From a virus (lineage: Duplodnaviria > Heunggongvirae > Uroviricota > Caudoviricetes): a DNA stretch of 64,000 nt. A model generated the notes under the pieces. That model was given only the letters and a program-made list of their open reading frames with translations, had not been told where the DNA came from and searched no databases. Position 1 is the first letter of the stretch. Every line of letters starts with the position of its first letter. The stretch lies in the IMG/VR virus record IMGVR_UViG_2859810971_000007. The stretch is one strand, 5' to 3'. Positions 12,067 to 22,157 of the stretch are shown here, in pieces. Both the position numbers and the translations under genes were made by a program.

Positions 12067-12621
12067 TCAAAAAGCAATAACTTTTTTCTCTATACCAAAA
12101 GCCATAACCATTGGTTTGTGCAAAATAAATTCTGCCACCTTTAGCCAATGCTCAATGCGTCTTTCACAGGTTCTTAAACTCCATTTCGGGTGTGCATCAT
12201 TCAGCAGTTCAGCCATTTTGCATTTGGTCATCCCCCGCCCCTCATACCGTTGCCGAAGGACGCTAATCAATCCTGGATGCTCTGCCAGCACCTCACTTAT
12301 GACCCGATCAATACATAACGCCTCTGCATCAGTACAATGCGCCAGCCAGCTCTTTTGCTTACCGTTAATCATATCCCGCAAAAAAGCCTCAAGTTCAGAC
12401 TTGTTCAGACCTGCTTTTTTCATCCTCCGGAGCGCCTCGTTAATTGCCGTTTTTGTCAGCTTTTTAGAGGTCAACATCAGGTTAAACATATTCCCCGTCT
12501 TACCGCCACCAATATACGACCAGCGCCCCCACATACGTAGTTTTCCCTGAATCCAGACACTTTCCAGCGTGGTGAGACGAAGGTGTTCTCCGCTTTTTCC
12601 TGTATTCGTTGGGTAAATCAT
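12067..12621 (-). CDS. Putative late-gene antiterminator (Q-like)
   Basis: 184 aa from MIYPTNTGKSGEHLRL; immediately upstream of terminator and tRNA array, the position Q occupies; family assignment by context. Confidence 0.45.
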   Translation of the reverse strand: MIYPTNTGKSGEHLRLTTLESVWIQGKLRMWGRWSYIGGGKTGNMFNLMLTSKKLTKTAINEALRRMKKAGLNKSELEAFLRDMINGKQKSWLAHCTDAEALCIDRVISEVLAEHPGLISVLRQRYEGRGMTKCKMAELLNDAHPKWSLRTCERRIEHWLKVAEFILHKPMVMAFGIEKKVIAF

Positions 12622-12908
12622 AAATATCCATCCTTTCTCCAGATTTCTTGTGTGCGAAAAACACCTTCTGCATGCATCAGGCGTAATTCTTCTTTGGTGT
12701 AATCGCTGGTTTTTACCCGCCCGTCGATTAAATCGTGGCACGAGCTACAGGCAATCGCTGCCTGCATATCGTGTGGCTTTATCGCTGTTCCGCACGTTCC
12801 CGCCAGTCGGTAATGCGCCAGCACAGACGTTTCCGGAGCGTGATTGCAGTAGCCAGGAATTCTGACGGTGCACATCTGCCCCCGCGCCGCTTTAAGTAAA
12901 TCCACCAT
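12618..12908 (-). CDS. YbcO-like (DUF1364) prophage protein
   Basis: 96 aa with Cys-rich motifs (MCTVRIPGYCN..., IACSSCHDLID) resembling DLP12 YbcO. Confidence 0.5.
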   Translation of the reverse strand: MVDLLKAARGQMCTVRIPGYCNHAPETSVLAHYRLAGTCGTAIKPHDMQAAIACSSCHDLIDGRVKTSDYTKEELRLMHAEGVFRTQEIWRKDGYL

Positions 12909-13507
12909 TACGCAAACTCCAGCAGCTGCGCGGCCACATTTTCGACTTGTTCCGGAGAGGAAAATTTACGGAACAGAATCCAGTTCCACAGCACATTCAG
13001 TACAGATTTATAAACCTGCTGAAACTCGGTTTCGTCCATATTCGCAAACGCGATAGATTTCGCCCGACACCCACGGCTACCGTCCGGATAAAAATGCTCG
13101 GTGTAAAATCCGGCCTGAATGGCTACCCACTCGCGGAAAGCCTCAAACGACTTTAGCAATGCCGTATCACGGGTTCTGCGTGTCGCAACTGTATTCAGAT
13201 ATTGCTCTGCGGCTTCGCTCAGAGCTGGCGTATGTTCCCGGCCTACTGATTCACACAGGTAATCAACGAAACCGGACACCAGTTTTCGTTCGCGAGGCGT
13301 GATCGCCCCACCGACCGGAGTCCAGTAATCGAAACCCAGTTGCAGGAGTTTGAAAAAACGCTTGTGGAATGCGTAGTTACGCACACGCTTAAAGTCTGCG
13401 TGTATCCACTCACCTATTTTGATTTGATGCAGAAAATCGCAACTCTCCGGCGTCGCCGGGAGAAGTAATCCGGAAGAGGTTTGTTTGACCAGTTGTATAT
13501 GTGCCAT
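12908..13507 (-). CDS. DUF1367-like phage protein
   Basis: 199 aa from MAHIQLVKQTSSGLLLPATPESCDFLHQIKIGEW; nin-region position. Confidence 0.4.
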   Translation of the reverse strand: MAHIQLVKQTSSGLLLPATPESCDFLHQIKIGEWIHADFKRVRNYAFHKRFFKLLQLGFDYWTPVGGAITPRERKLVSGFVDYLCESVGREHTPALSEAAEQYLNTVATRRTRDTALLKSFEAFREWVAIQAGFYTEHFYPDGSRGCRAKSIAFANMDETEFQQVYKSVLNVLWNWILFRKFSSPEQVENVAAQLLEFA

Positions 13508-13545
13508 CGGCTTTCTCCGGTGGCACGGTGTTACACAGCAGGAGT

Positions 13546-13833
13546 TCAATCCTGCTCAAGATTGTAGATGAGTTTATTCTTCAGCAAAAGCAGAAAACCA
13601 GCCTTAAAACCAATCTTTTTCAAAACCCGTAATGATGTGACAAATTCGTCCTCACGCAAAATAAAACCGTCCGTCAGAAGTCCATTACAAAAATAAAATA
13701 ACACAGCACCGCTCTTCCTTTGTTGAGATTGCAAACATCTAATGCGGCAATGGCTGACAATCGCTCCATTCTCAACGCGCACAGCATAGAGGCCATTTTC
13801 ACTAAAAATTTCACGCAATTCTTCGATTTTCAT
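13546..13833 (-). CDS. Hypothetical prophage protein
   Basis: 95-aa ORF with coding-like composition next to hok; no family recognised. Confidence 0.3.
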   Translation of the reverse strand: MKIEELREIFSENGLYAVRVENGAIVSHCRIRCLQSQQRKSGAVLFYFCNGLLTDGFILREDEFVTSLRVLKKIGFKAGFLLLLKNKLIYNLEQD

Positions 13834-14082
13834 CTTCAGAATCCTTCCAGATAAATAGCTCTCCCCTGTTCGGGGTCCATCCCTCTTCTCCCTGCGCGCT
13901 ACTTAAGTGAGTCGATTCTATCTGCGAAGGTGCGCGAATCAAATTCACCGGAAATAAACAACAAAAAACCCGCCGAAACGCTGAGAGATCACAGCGATGG
14001 GCGGGTTAAGTGCGGGTGCGTTGAGGATGCCTGACACATCAGAGGTGGGCGGGGATGGGATCAGCTCCCCACCCGGTCACTC

Positions 14083-14238
14083 TTACTTCCTGGATTCGTA
14101 GTCTACGAAGACAGCGACCTCCGTCTGGCCGGTTCGGATTCGTACCTCACAGAGGTCTTTCCTCGTTACCAGTGCCGTCACTATGACGGTTAAACAGATG
14201 ACGATCAGGGCGATTAACATCGCCTTTTGCTGCTTCAT
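14083..14238 (-). CDS. hokD: Hok/Gef family type I toxin (HokD/RelF-like)
   Basis: 51 aa MKQQKAMLIALIVICLTVIVTALVTRKDLCEVRIRTGQTEVAVF...; in-frame upstream extension in ORF track is probably not translated. Confidence 0.8.
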   Translation of the reverse strand: MKQQKAMLIALIVICLTVIVTALVTRKDLCEVRIRTGQTEVAVFVDYESRK

Positions 14239-14465
14239 AGCCTGCTTCTCCTTGCCTTTCGGCATGTAAGAGGCTAACCTACATGTGCAAAGCATGAAAT
14301 TGGCCTCAGATTAATGTTAAGCGTCTTGCCGGACGCGTAATGTTAACTGGGGCTTTTCTCTATCTGCCTTTTGGTGTTCATGCCTGAAGCAGATAGCCTC
14401 AAGCACCCGCAGTCATTCTACTTACCTCGCCAATATGAAATCAATCAGAAAGGTGCCCCATAAAA

Positions 14466-15152
14466 TCACTCCTTCTCTTCTTTACCGTAGTGGAGTTGAC
14501 CAATTTTGATAAGAGGGCGTCCCTGAGATTTGCGGTGTAGATTGGTATCGCGCAGAGAATACACACAGCCACAATATTCCTGCTGATAGAATTTTTCGCG
14601 CTTGCTGATTTCAATCATACGGGACGAGCCGCCCTGCTTGCGCCAGTTATAATCCCAGTACACCATGCCCGGATAATGCGCGACGGCTCGCCGCCCACAG
14701 TCGTTAACCTGCTGCATATTTTTCCAGCGTGAAATGCCCAGTGAACTGCTGATCACACTGAAACCATTTTCAGCGGCGTACAGCGCTGTCCGCTCAAAAC
14801 GCATGTCAAAACACATGGTGCAACGGATCCCTCGTTCGGGCTCCCATTCCATTCCTTTGGCTCGTTCAAACCAGTTGTCTGTGTCGTAATCAGCATCAAT
14901 AAACGGCACGCCGTGTTGTTCAGCAAAGCGAATATTCTCATCCTTACGAATTAAATACTCTTTCTGAGGATGAATGTTCGGGTTGTAGAAAAAGATGGTG
15001 TAGTCGATTCCCGAGGCCTGAAGCGCCTCCATCACCTCACCGGAACATGGAGCACAGCAAGAGTGCAGTAGTAGTTTGTTTGCCCCGTTTGGGAGCTCCA
15101 ATTTGGGCCGTTTGAAATCAGCAACTGTCATAAATATGTTTATTGAGGTCAT
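14466..15152 (-). CDS. DUF208 / QueH-like protein (putative epoxyqueuosine reductase)
   Basis: 228 aa with N-terminal HSCCAPCS plus CTMC and CGCVYS cysteine clusters characteristic of QueH/DUF208 as recalled. Confidence 0.55.
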   Translation of the reverse strand: MTSINIFMTVADFKRPKLELPNGANKLLLHSCCAPCSGEVMEALQASGIDYTIFFYNPNIHPQKEYLIRKDENIRFAEQHGVPFIDADYDTDNWFERAKGMEWEPERGIRCTMCFDMRFERTALYAAENGFSVISSSLGISRWKNMQQVNDCGRRAVAHYPGMVYWDYNWRKQGGSSRMIEISKREKFYQQEYCGCVYSLRDTNLHRKSQGRPLIKIGQLHYGKEEKE

Positions 15153-15299
15153 AAAAATATCAAAGAGTGTAGCATTAGAACGGGGCTATCGGAAACAGAT
15201 GTGTGACTGCTCCCCGCCCTTTCGGGCGGTCTCCTGATGATTTGAGGGTGCAGAAATCCCTCCGGTTAAGGATTAAATTTTTAACAGTGCTAAATTTAA

Positions 15300-15656
15300 T
15301 TATTCAGTTCTGGATTTTGTCGCCCTGCGTATCCGCGCTTTCGCGTTACGCTCAATCTGTATCAGCTTTTCTATATTTCTCCGCCTTTCCTGTTCCTCCT
15401 GGCGCAATAGCCTTACATCATCTGCCAGTCTGGTTTCTCTTTTTGCCACAGAGAGCATCCAGTCAAACGGCTCCACAACCGCACCGCAGATTTTACAGCG
15501 GACCTGACGCTCTTTTTCGTCAACCCGTACAGAGGCGTGATGGCAATATGGTCTTTCCGATGGCTTATAAAGAAAATTAACCTGATTACGAGGGTCATCC
15601 TCTTTTATCGGAAATAAAACGATATTGCTTAACTCATCTTCTGGTTTTATTTCCAT
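15300..15656 (-). CDS. Hypothetical zinc-ribbon protein
   Basis: 118 aa from MEIKPEDELSN; CHH...CKIC cysteine pairs; GGAGAGG RBS before ATG 15656. Confidence 0.4.
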   Translation of the reverse strand: MEIKPEDELSNIVLFPIKEDDPRNQVNFLYKPSERPYCHHASVRVDEKERQVRCKICGAVVEPFDWMLSVAKRETRLADDVRLLRQEEQERRRNIEKLIQIERNAKARIRRATKSRTE

Positions 15657-15713
15657 GCTCCTCTCCTTTGATGTGAATGCCAGCGGTAATTGAAGCCTGA
15701 TAGCTAATTTCAT

Positions 15714-16136
15714 TCACAGTATCGCCTCCTGAAAATTACCCTGATAGAAAGCCAGTACACGCTGCATAGCTTCGCTCTTCCGGCACTCGCGACAGATTAT
15801 ATTCAGGCGCCTGTCGTAGCGGCGTATTTCTCCGTCAGGTAATGACCAGATAAGGTCCGGATCAACAACAACCGGTTTCCTCACCTTTACTCTCGAGAGT
15901 TTTTTGCGGGCGCTTTGCCAGTCCTTGCGAGCCTGTTCAGACGGGAATAAGCCGTAGCCAGAATTATATACATCACCACTTGCGACCAGTTCTATGCATA
16001 AGCGACCGACAGACGCACGACTGATACCTGTTTCATCGGACAACTGCCGAATCGTGACCCGACCGTCCTGATGCACGAGTTCCACAATTCGCGTCTTCAG
16101 TTCTTCCCGCTGTTCGGGAGTAAAAGGTTTCGCCAT
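15714..16136 (-). CDS. Hypothetical HTH DNA-binding protein
   Basis: 140 aa; helix-turn-helix-like segment RQLSDETGISRASVGRL. Confidence 0.4.
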   Translation of the reverse strand: MAKPFTPEQREELKTRIVELVHQDGRVTIRQLSDETGISRASVGRLCIELVASGDVYNSGYGLFPSEQARKDWQSARKKLSRVKVRKPVVVDPDLIWSLPDGEIRRYDRRLNIICRECRKSEAMQRVLAFYQGNFQEAIL

Positions 16137-16150
16137 AAATCCTCCTGAAA

Positions 16151-16897
16151 CTACTTAACAACCCTCGAATGGCTAACATTCGGACGCCAGCTCTCCCAGT
16201 TAAAATTCACCCAGCGCCCGCCGTTCATGACCATGCGATCCATCACCCGCTCGCCGAGCAATGTTTTCATCACCTCATAGTTCAGGTTTGTCAGCATCCC
16301 CACGCTACGCATCGACGCTGTCCGGCGATCAACAATCTGGTGCAGCACCACCTGCTCGTTTTTCGTCTCGCGCTGAATGCCAATTTCATCAAGAACCAGC
16401 AGATCCACTTCGCACAGCTCCCGCAAAAATTTTTCGCCTGACTGCCCGTCGTCATAGCTGGCGTGCAGGGCGCTCATAACATCAGCCACGGTAACCACAA
16501 TCACTGTCTGACCGTCTTTCAGCAGGCGATTCCCGATAGCTGCCGCTAAGTGATTCTACCCGGTATCAGGTTTTCCGCTGAACGCAAAATTTGTACACCC
16601 GGTCATCAGTTCATCGGCGATGGATTTCGCCTGGCTTAACGCGTATCGCTGGCCGTCGTTCTGCACCTGGTAATTCGCAAACGAGCATTTACGGTGCAAC
16701 GGCTGGATGCCTGAGCGATTCAGAATTTTTTCCACCCGCAACTGGCGATTCAGGCGGTTGATCTCCTCGCTACGTTTCTGGCCTTCAGCAAGTTGCCACT
16801 CGCGCCACTCCGCTACCGTTCTGAATGGGGCGGTTACATGTGGCGGGGTCAGTCGGCGGATGCGTTCCAGAACGCCGCCTGTCGCAATATTTTTCAT
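16151..16897 (-). pseudogene. DnaC-like helicase loader with in-frame amber codon
   Basis: Colinear with E. coli DnaC; single frame reads FSGKPDTG-TAG-NHLAAAI; TAG at 16556-16558 sits where the Walker A lysine is expected. Confidence 0.7.
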
Positions 16898-16903
16898 GGT
16901 CCG

Positions 16904-17674
16904 TTACCCCCTGAAGCCTGGCGGGATCGCACTGTCCGGCAACGAGACGGTGTTAACCTGTCGGAGCAACGTCTCAGGCCGAACACCTTTCGGCGCGAAC
17001 AGGCCCTGGTATTCATTGGCGATGCTGTGTCGAATCACCTGCTCAGGTGTAAAACCCTGCTGACGGAATTTTTCCAGTTCCCGTATCGCCCTGCTCCGTT
17101 CGAATCGGTTTTCGCAATGCCTGTCTGAACCGGACCCACTCATGCCAGAGTGTTTCCGGCAACCAATCGGGCAGCTCAATAGCCTCCGGCTCGAATTTTT
17201 TAGACGCTCGTTTTTGGCGAGGGGATTTAGGGGGAGATCAGTATTTAGATCTTCCTCTTCCACTGGTAACGCTTTTTGATCCGTTTGTGTAACGCTGGCA
17301 GCGTTACCTTTTCGTTTCAGTTCGCGTATTTTTGTTACTCGCTCGTTTGTAACCGCCCGTTTTTTAGAGCTTTTTCCGTTATGACGTTCAAAGTTAGGTA
17401 GAGAAAGCCCACCGTCATTTTCGACCAGCCATCCAACCTGAATTAACGTATCAGCAAAACCAGACATAAAAGTGATGCGATCTATTGCACTTTTTGTAAC
17501 GCCGCGAGCGTTACAATCTGCATTACCGTCTATCATTTGTTGATCCGCCCATGCCCAGAAGCGAATAACCTTCCCTAATGCGGCATCTGGATCAATATTC
17601 AGAATCTCAGCAAGCCTGAATATTTCCGGCTTATCCGGCGTAATAACCTCGAGCTTTATCCAGTTTGAAGCCAT
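16904..17674 (-). CDS. Replication initiation protein (O-like / YdaU-like)
   Basis: 256 aa directly upstream of the DnaC-like gene; contains GTAACGC-N5-GCGTTAC palindromes in its 5' part. Confidence 0.45.
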   Translation of the reverse strand: MASNWIKLEVITPDKPEIFRLAEILNIDPDAALGKVIRFWAWADQQMIDGNADCNARGVTKSAIDRITFMSGFADTLIQVGWLVENDGGLSLPNFERHNGKSSKKRAVTNERVTKIRELKRKGNAASVTQTDQKALPVEEEDLNTDLPLNPLAKNERLKNSSRRLLSCPIGCRKHSGMSGSGSDRHCENRFERSRAIRELEKFRQQGFTPEQVIRHSIANEYQGLFAPKGVRPETLLRQVNTVSLPDSAIPPGFRG

Positions 17675-17751
17675 TTGTTTTCACCTTGTAACGCTCGCAG
17701 CGTTACATTTAACTGATACCGAACAAAACAATCCGGCACGATTAATTTCAA

Positions 17752-18174
17752 TCAATGCACTACGACAGAATCGCCGGGCGACCCACCACCGCTGAAATGT
17801 GCTTTCCGGTAAACGGCCTGGACAGCATCATCATGCGCATCAATTGCCGTACTCAACGCTTCCTGCGCCGCCAGTAATGCACGGCGTTCCAGGGTATCGA
17901 AGATACAGAGTCGGTGACGCAGCTCACGCGGAAGAATTGCCAGAACCGCAGGGATCAGTTTCTGAATTTTTTCCCTTTGCGCTTTCGTTTCACCTTTCAA
18001 CCAACGGTGATAGATATTCTGCTGATTGTTCCAGTCCTTGCCTGGTACCAGAGACAATTCGCCGCCCCCCTGCCGCAGATATTCTTCAGTAATTGCGTTA
18101 GCGACCCACGCCTGCCCTTTTTCGGCTGCCAGGGCTAACAGCACTGATTCGATGTGCTCATGCCTGATTTTCAT
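17752..18174 (-). CDS. ydaT: YdaT-like prophage protein
   Basis: 140 aa MKIRHEHIESVLLALAAEKGQAWVANAITEEYL... resembles Rac YdaT. Confidence 0.55.
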   Translation of the reverse strand: MKIRHEHIESVLLALAAEKGQAWVANAITEEYLRQGGGELSLVPGKDWNNQQNIYHRWLKGETKAQREKIQKLIPAVLAILPRELRHRLCIFDTLERRALLAAQEALSTAIDAHDDAVQAVYRKAHFSGGGSPGDSVVVH

Positions 18175-18385
18175 GAATCACCTTCCCAGGTCGTTTTGCC
18201 TTACGATATTCGTCATAAACTTTGGGGTCGTACTGAAGTTCCCCGCCAGATGCCTCTTGCAGGCGCATCGCGCGACCTTCAGGAACCAGTTCCCCCCATG
18301 CAGCAATGCTTGCCAGCCTAACTCCTGCGGCATTGGCAAGCTTTGTTTTGCTGCCAAAAAACGCTATAGCATCAATTTTCAACAT
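18158..18385 (-). CDS. ydaS: YdaS-like Cro-type HTH regulator
   Basis: 75 aa; divergent from racR-like gene; HTH segment. Confidence 0.55.
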   Translation of the reverse strand: MLKIDAIAFFGSKTKLANAAGVRLASIAAWGELVPEGRAMRLQEASGGELQYDPKVYDEYRKAKRPGKVIHENQA

Positions 18386-18461
18386 ATCGAGCTCCTTAGA
18401 TTTTCCTAAGGAAACTAGACCGTAGAGAAACCTAAGTCAAGAAAAATTAGAATTCCCTAAT

Positions 18462-18869
18462 ATGAAAAACGAAACCTTCGGTGCTCGCCTCTTACATAGG
18501 CGTAAAAAATTAAAACTGTCTCAGGCCGCATTAGGTAAGCTGGTCAAAGTGGCTCACGTAACAATTTCTCAATGGGAAAGAGATGAAACACAGCCGGCGG
18601 GGAAAAGATTATTCGCACTGAGCCAAGCGCTTCAGTGCTCACCGACTTGGCTTCTTTTTGGGGATGAAGATAAACAACCAGGCGAACCGATCCCGGATAA
18701 TCAGCCAGCCATTCTGACAGAAGATCAAAAAGAGTTACTTCAACTGTTCGACGCACTGCCTGAGTCAGAGCAAAAGGCCCTGTTGTCAGAGATGCGTGCT
18801 CGAGTTGAAAATTTCAACAAACTTTTTGAAGAACTACTCAAAGCTCGCAAAAGAAGCGCAAACAAATAA
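18462..18869 (+). CDS. racR: RacR-like CI-type repressor
   Basis: 135 aa; N-terminal XRE HTH (LKLSQAALGKLVKVAHVTISQWERDE); divergent arrangement with ydaS/ydaT. Confidence 0.6.
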   Translation: MKNETFGARLLHRRKKLKLSQAALGKLVKVAHVTISQWERDETQPAGKRLFALSQALQCSPTWLLFGDEDKQPGEPIPDNQPAILTEDQKELLQLFDALPESEQKALLSEMRARVENFNKLFEELLKARKRSANK

Positions 18870-19071
18870 TCCCCTTTTTTCTCCACACCCTGTAATAAAA
18901 AGCACAAACTTTCAAACACTTGTGTTTTTTACATCAAAAAACTTAGGTTTTTCTACACAAAAATCTTGATCACCCTCCTTAGGTTATTCTAAATTTTATT
19001 CATCAAGACACCGCACGGTGTTCTCAGCAAACAGTTCCGCTACCCCGGCGTTAAGGGGAAATGGGGTCAAC

Positions 19072-19227
19072 ATGAATACTATCGATCTTGGCAACAACGA
19101 ATCTCCGGTGTACGGCGTGTTCCCCAACCAGGACGGCACATTCACCGCCATGACGTATACCAAAAGCAAAACGTTTAAAACCGAAGCTGGCGCACGTCGT
19201 TGGTTGGGAAGACATTCAGGTGAGTAA
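19072..19227 (+). CDS. ydaF: YdaF-like small protein
   Basis: 51 aa MNTIDLGNNESPVYGVFPNQDGTFTAMTYTKSK... Confidence 0.45.
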   Translation: MNTIDLGNNESPVYGVFPNQDGTFTAMTYTKSKTFKTEAGARRWLGRHSGE

Positions 19228-19432
19228 AATGAACGAGACAGAATTAAAACACGTTATCGCTCTACTCCTAGAAGATGCAAAACGCCTCCAGCAACTGGAG
19301 CCAAATGCAGGCACTGGGGCACGCATCTGGCTGGCTAAAGAAGCGCTGGAATCTGGCGATTATGATAGCGAAGAAGCCTTCTACAAAGCAGAAGGCCGTG
19401 CAGGATATTCACCGGGTCTTGGCGGGGTATAA
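19220..19432 (+). CDS. YdaG-like small protein
   Basis: 70-aa ORF overlapping ydaF-like stop; MNETELKHVIALLLEDAKRLQQLE. Confidence 0.35.
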   Translation: MSKMNETELKHVIALLLEDAKRLQQLEPNAGTGARIWLAKEALESGDYDSEEAFYKAEGRAGYSPGLGGV

Positions 19433-19673
19433 ATACCATGCGCATTGACTGAATTCGCAAACAAAAACAGACGCGCGATACCCGGATAGTCGGTCTGCAT
19501 AGTCAGATATCTGGCTGCGAATTTGATAAATATCACCGCCCTTTTCGGAAACATAAGTTCCGTCCGGGAGTTGATTATACGAACCATCTCCATGGGGGAT
19601 CGTTCTCCTGAATCCTAGTGAGAGCATATATTTATGAAGCCCTTCGTAATCCTCTGGCTCAGTGGATTTGCCC

Positions 19674-20579
19674 CTATATTTCCAGACATCTGTTATCACT
19701 TAACCCATTACAAGCCCGCTGCCGCAGATATTCCCGTGGCGAGCGATAACCCAGCGCACTATGCGGATGCCATTCGTTATAATGCTCGAACGCCTCTGCA
19801 AGGTTCTTTGCTGCCGTTAACCCGTCTGGTTTGGGCATGATACTGATGTAGTCACGCTTTATCGTTTTCACGAAGCTCTCTGCTATTCCGTTACTCTCCG
19901 GACTCCGCACCGCCGTGTTCTTCGGTTCAAGTCCCAACATCCGGGCGAACTGGCGTGTTTCATTAGCCCGGTAGCATGAACCATTATCCGTCAGCCACTC
20001 CACTGGAGACGACGGAAGATCGTTGCCGAAGCGGCGTTCCACCGCTCCCAGCATGACGTCCTGTACTGTTTCACTGTTGAAGCCGCCGGTAGTCACCGCC
20101 CAGTGCAGTGCCTCACGATCACAGCAGTCCAGCGCGAACGTGACACGCAGTCTCTCTCCGTTATCACAGCAGAACTCGAACCCGTCAGAGCACCATCGCT
20201 GATTGCTTTCTTTCACGGCCACTCTGCCTGTATGTGCCCGTTTCGATGGCGGTACAGCAGGTTTTCGCTCAAGCAACAGCGCATTCTGGCGCATGAGCCG
20301 GTAAACACGTTTGGCATTGATCGCAGGCATACCATCAAGTTCTGCCTGTCTGCGAAGCAGCGCCCATACCCGACGATAACCATACGTGGGCAGCTCTCCG
20401 ATAACATGGTGTATACGGAGAAGCACATCCGTATCATCAGTGTGACGACTGCGGCGGCCATCCATCCAGTCATCGGTTCGTCTGAGAATGACGTGCAACT
20501 GCGCACGCGACACCCGGAGACAACGGCTGACTAAGCTTACTCCCCATCCCCGGGCAATAAGGGCGCGTGCGCTATCCAC
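19674..20579 (-). CDS. insD: IS2 InsD transposase (OrfB)
   Basis: 301-aa ORF; DDE integrase core. Confidence 0.85.
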
Positions 20580-20902
20580 TTTTTTGCCCGTCCATATTCA
20601 ACGGCTTCTTTGAGGAGTTCATTTTCCATCGTTTTCTTGCCGAGCAGGCGCTGGAGTTCTTTAATCTGCTTCATGGCGGCAGCAAGTTCAGAGGCAGGAA
20701 CAACCTGTTCTCCGGCGGCCACAGCAGTAAGACTTCCTTCCTGGTATTGCTTACGCCAGAGAAATAACTGGCTGGCTGCTACACCATGTTGCCGGGCAAC
20801 GAGGGAGACCGTCATCCCCGGTTCAAAGCTCTGCTGAACAATTGCGATCTTTTCCTGTGTGGTACGCCGTCTGCGTTTCTCCGGCCCTAAGACATCAATC
20901 AT
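20537..20902 (-). CDS. insC: IS2 InsC (OrfA)
   Basis: 121 aa from [19 protein letters not shown]6 slippery run near its end. Confidence 0.85.
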
Positions 20903-21303
20903 CTGTTCTCCAATGACTAGTCTAAAAACTAGTATTAAGACTATCACTTAAATAAGTGATACTGGTTGTCTGGAGATTCAGGGGGCCAGTCTACTCAGCA
21001 TTATATAGTTCTACTCTGGCGAGATACGTTGGCATATTCATTTCCTTACTGGTTGTGTGAGAACTTCAGTAAAGATACCACCAAAGCCCGGAAGTGGTGA
21101 AATAAAACCGGGCACAACACGAAGGCGCATTTCCGGTATCCATAAAGAGTCGGTCTTGTCTGTGAAATTTAAATGGTGGGAGTGCGCTTCCGGTTGTAAA
21201 TAACGACATTGCTGTGTGAAGTACCAGTTGGCGGCATCGGTTTAATTGCTGGCTGATGTCTGAGGTGTACTGGCAATAGCGGACACTACCATTTGTTCTT
21301 TTT

Positions 21304-22122
21304 TTAAGCAGTCATCTGATGATATTTTTCCCTGAAGGCTGCCGGGGAGATATTCCCCAGACGAGAGTGACGACGCTGACGATTGTAGAAAATCTCAATG
21401 TATTCCCGTATTACTGAGATGGCTTCATCCCGGTTATTAAAACGATAGTGGCTCAGGCTCTCATTTTTCAGCGTTCCCCAGAAGCTTTCCATCGGAGCGT
21501 TGTCGTAACAGTTACCTTTACGCGACATTGATGTTTTCAGACCAAACTGCTCCTGTATGACCCGGTAATCGTATGCGCAGTACTGTGAACCTCGATCAGA
21601 GTGGTGGATTAGCCCGGCAGGTGGGCGCTGGCTCCTGAGCGCCATAAACAGGGCTTTACCTGTCAGCTCTTTTGTCATGCGCTCTCCCATGGCGTAGCCG
21701 ACAATTTCGCACGTATAAACATCTTTGATGCCAGCGAGGTACAACCATCCCTCCTGTGTGGCAACATACGTCAGGTCCGCCACCCAGACCTGATTTGGTG
21801 CTGTAGGAGCGAACGTCTGGTTCAGCAGATTTGGCGCAACTGGCAGATTGTGGTTCGGGTTCGTAGTCGCTCTGAACTTGCGTTTCTGCTTACAGCGTAG
21901 CCTCAGCTCCTTACGAAGACGTGCCAGTCGGTCACGACCAACGATGATGCCATTCTCTGCCAGCTCCGTCTGGAGCCGCCGGGTTCCATATGTTTCGCGA
22001 GTGCGGATATGTGCCACCTTAATCTCCAGTTTTAGCCGCTCATCACTTTGTTTTCTGTCTGAGGGTTCATGCTGTACCCAGTTGTAATAACCGCTCCTGG
22101 ATATACCAAAGACCTGACACAT
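21304..22122 (-). CDS. IS600 OrfB transposase
   Basis: 272-aa ORF. Confidence 0.9.
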   Translation of the reverse strand: MCQVFGISRSGYYNWVQHEPSDRKQSDERLKLEIKVAHIRTRETYGTRRLQTELAENGIIVGRDRLARLRKELRLRCKQKRKFRATTNPNHNLPVAPNLLNQTFAPTAPNQVWVADLTYVATQEGWLYLAGIKDVYTCEIVGYAMGERMTKELTGKALFMALRSQRPPAGLIHHSDRGSQYCAYDYRVIQEQFGLKTSMSRKGNCYDNAPMESFWGTLKNESLSHYRFNNRDEAISVIREYIEIFYNRQRRHSRLGNISPAAFREKYHQMTA

Positions 22123-22157
22123 CGCTTCAATGGGAAATTGTTGTCGCCATTGTTCGA

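Larger units (their letters stand above)
19663..20993 (-). mobile_element. IS2 copy A
   Basis: 1331 bp; ends TGGATTTGCCCC... / ...GGGGGCCAGTCTA; 5-bp target duplication CTCAG at 19658-19662 and 20994-20998. Confidence 0.9.
19409..21041 (-). pseudogene. Hypothetical prophage gene interrupted by IS2
   Basis: With IS2 and one CTCAG copy removed, a 99-codon ORF (MNMPTYLARVELYNAEPEDYEGLHKYML...) with AAGGA RBS is restored. Confidence 0.4.

Noticed and set aside
14300-14465. relBE module upstream of hok
   Set aside because: No ORFs with RelB/RelE features in the 165-bp gap; the next gene is the QueH-like ORF.
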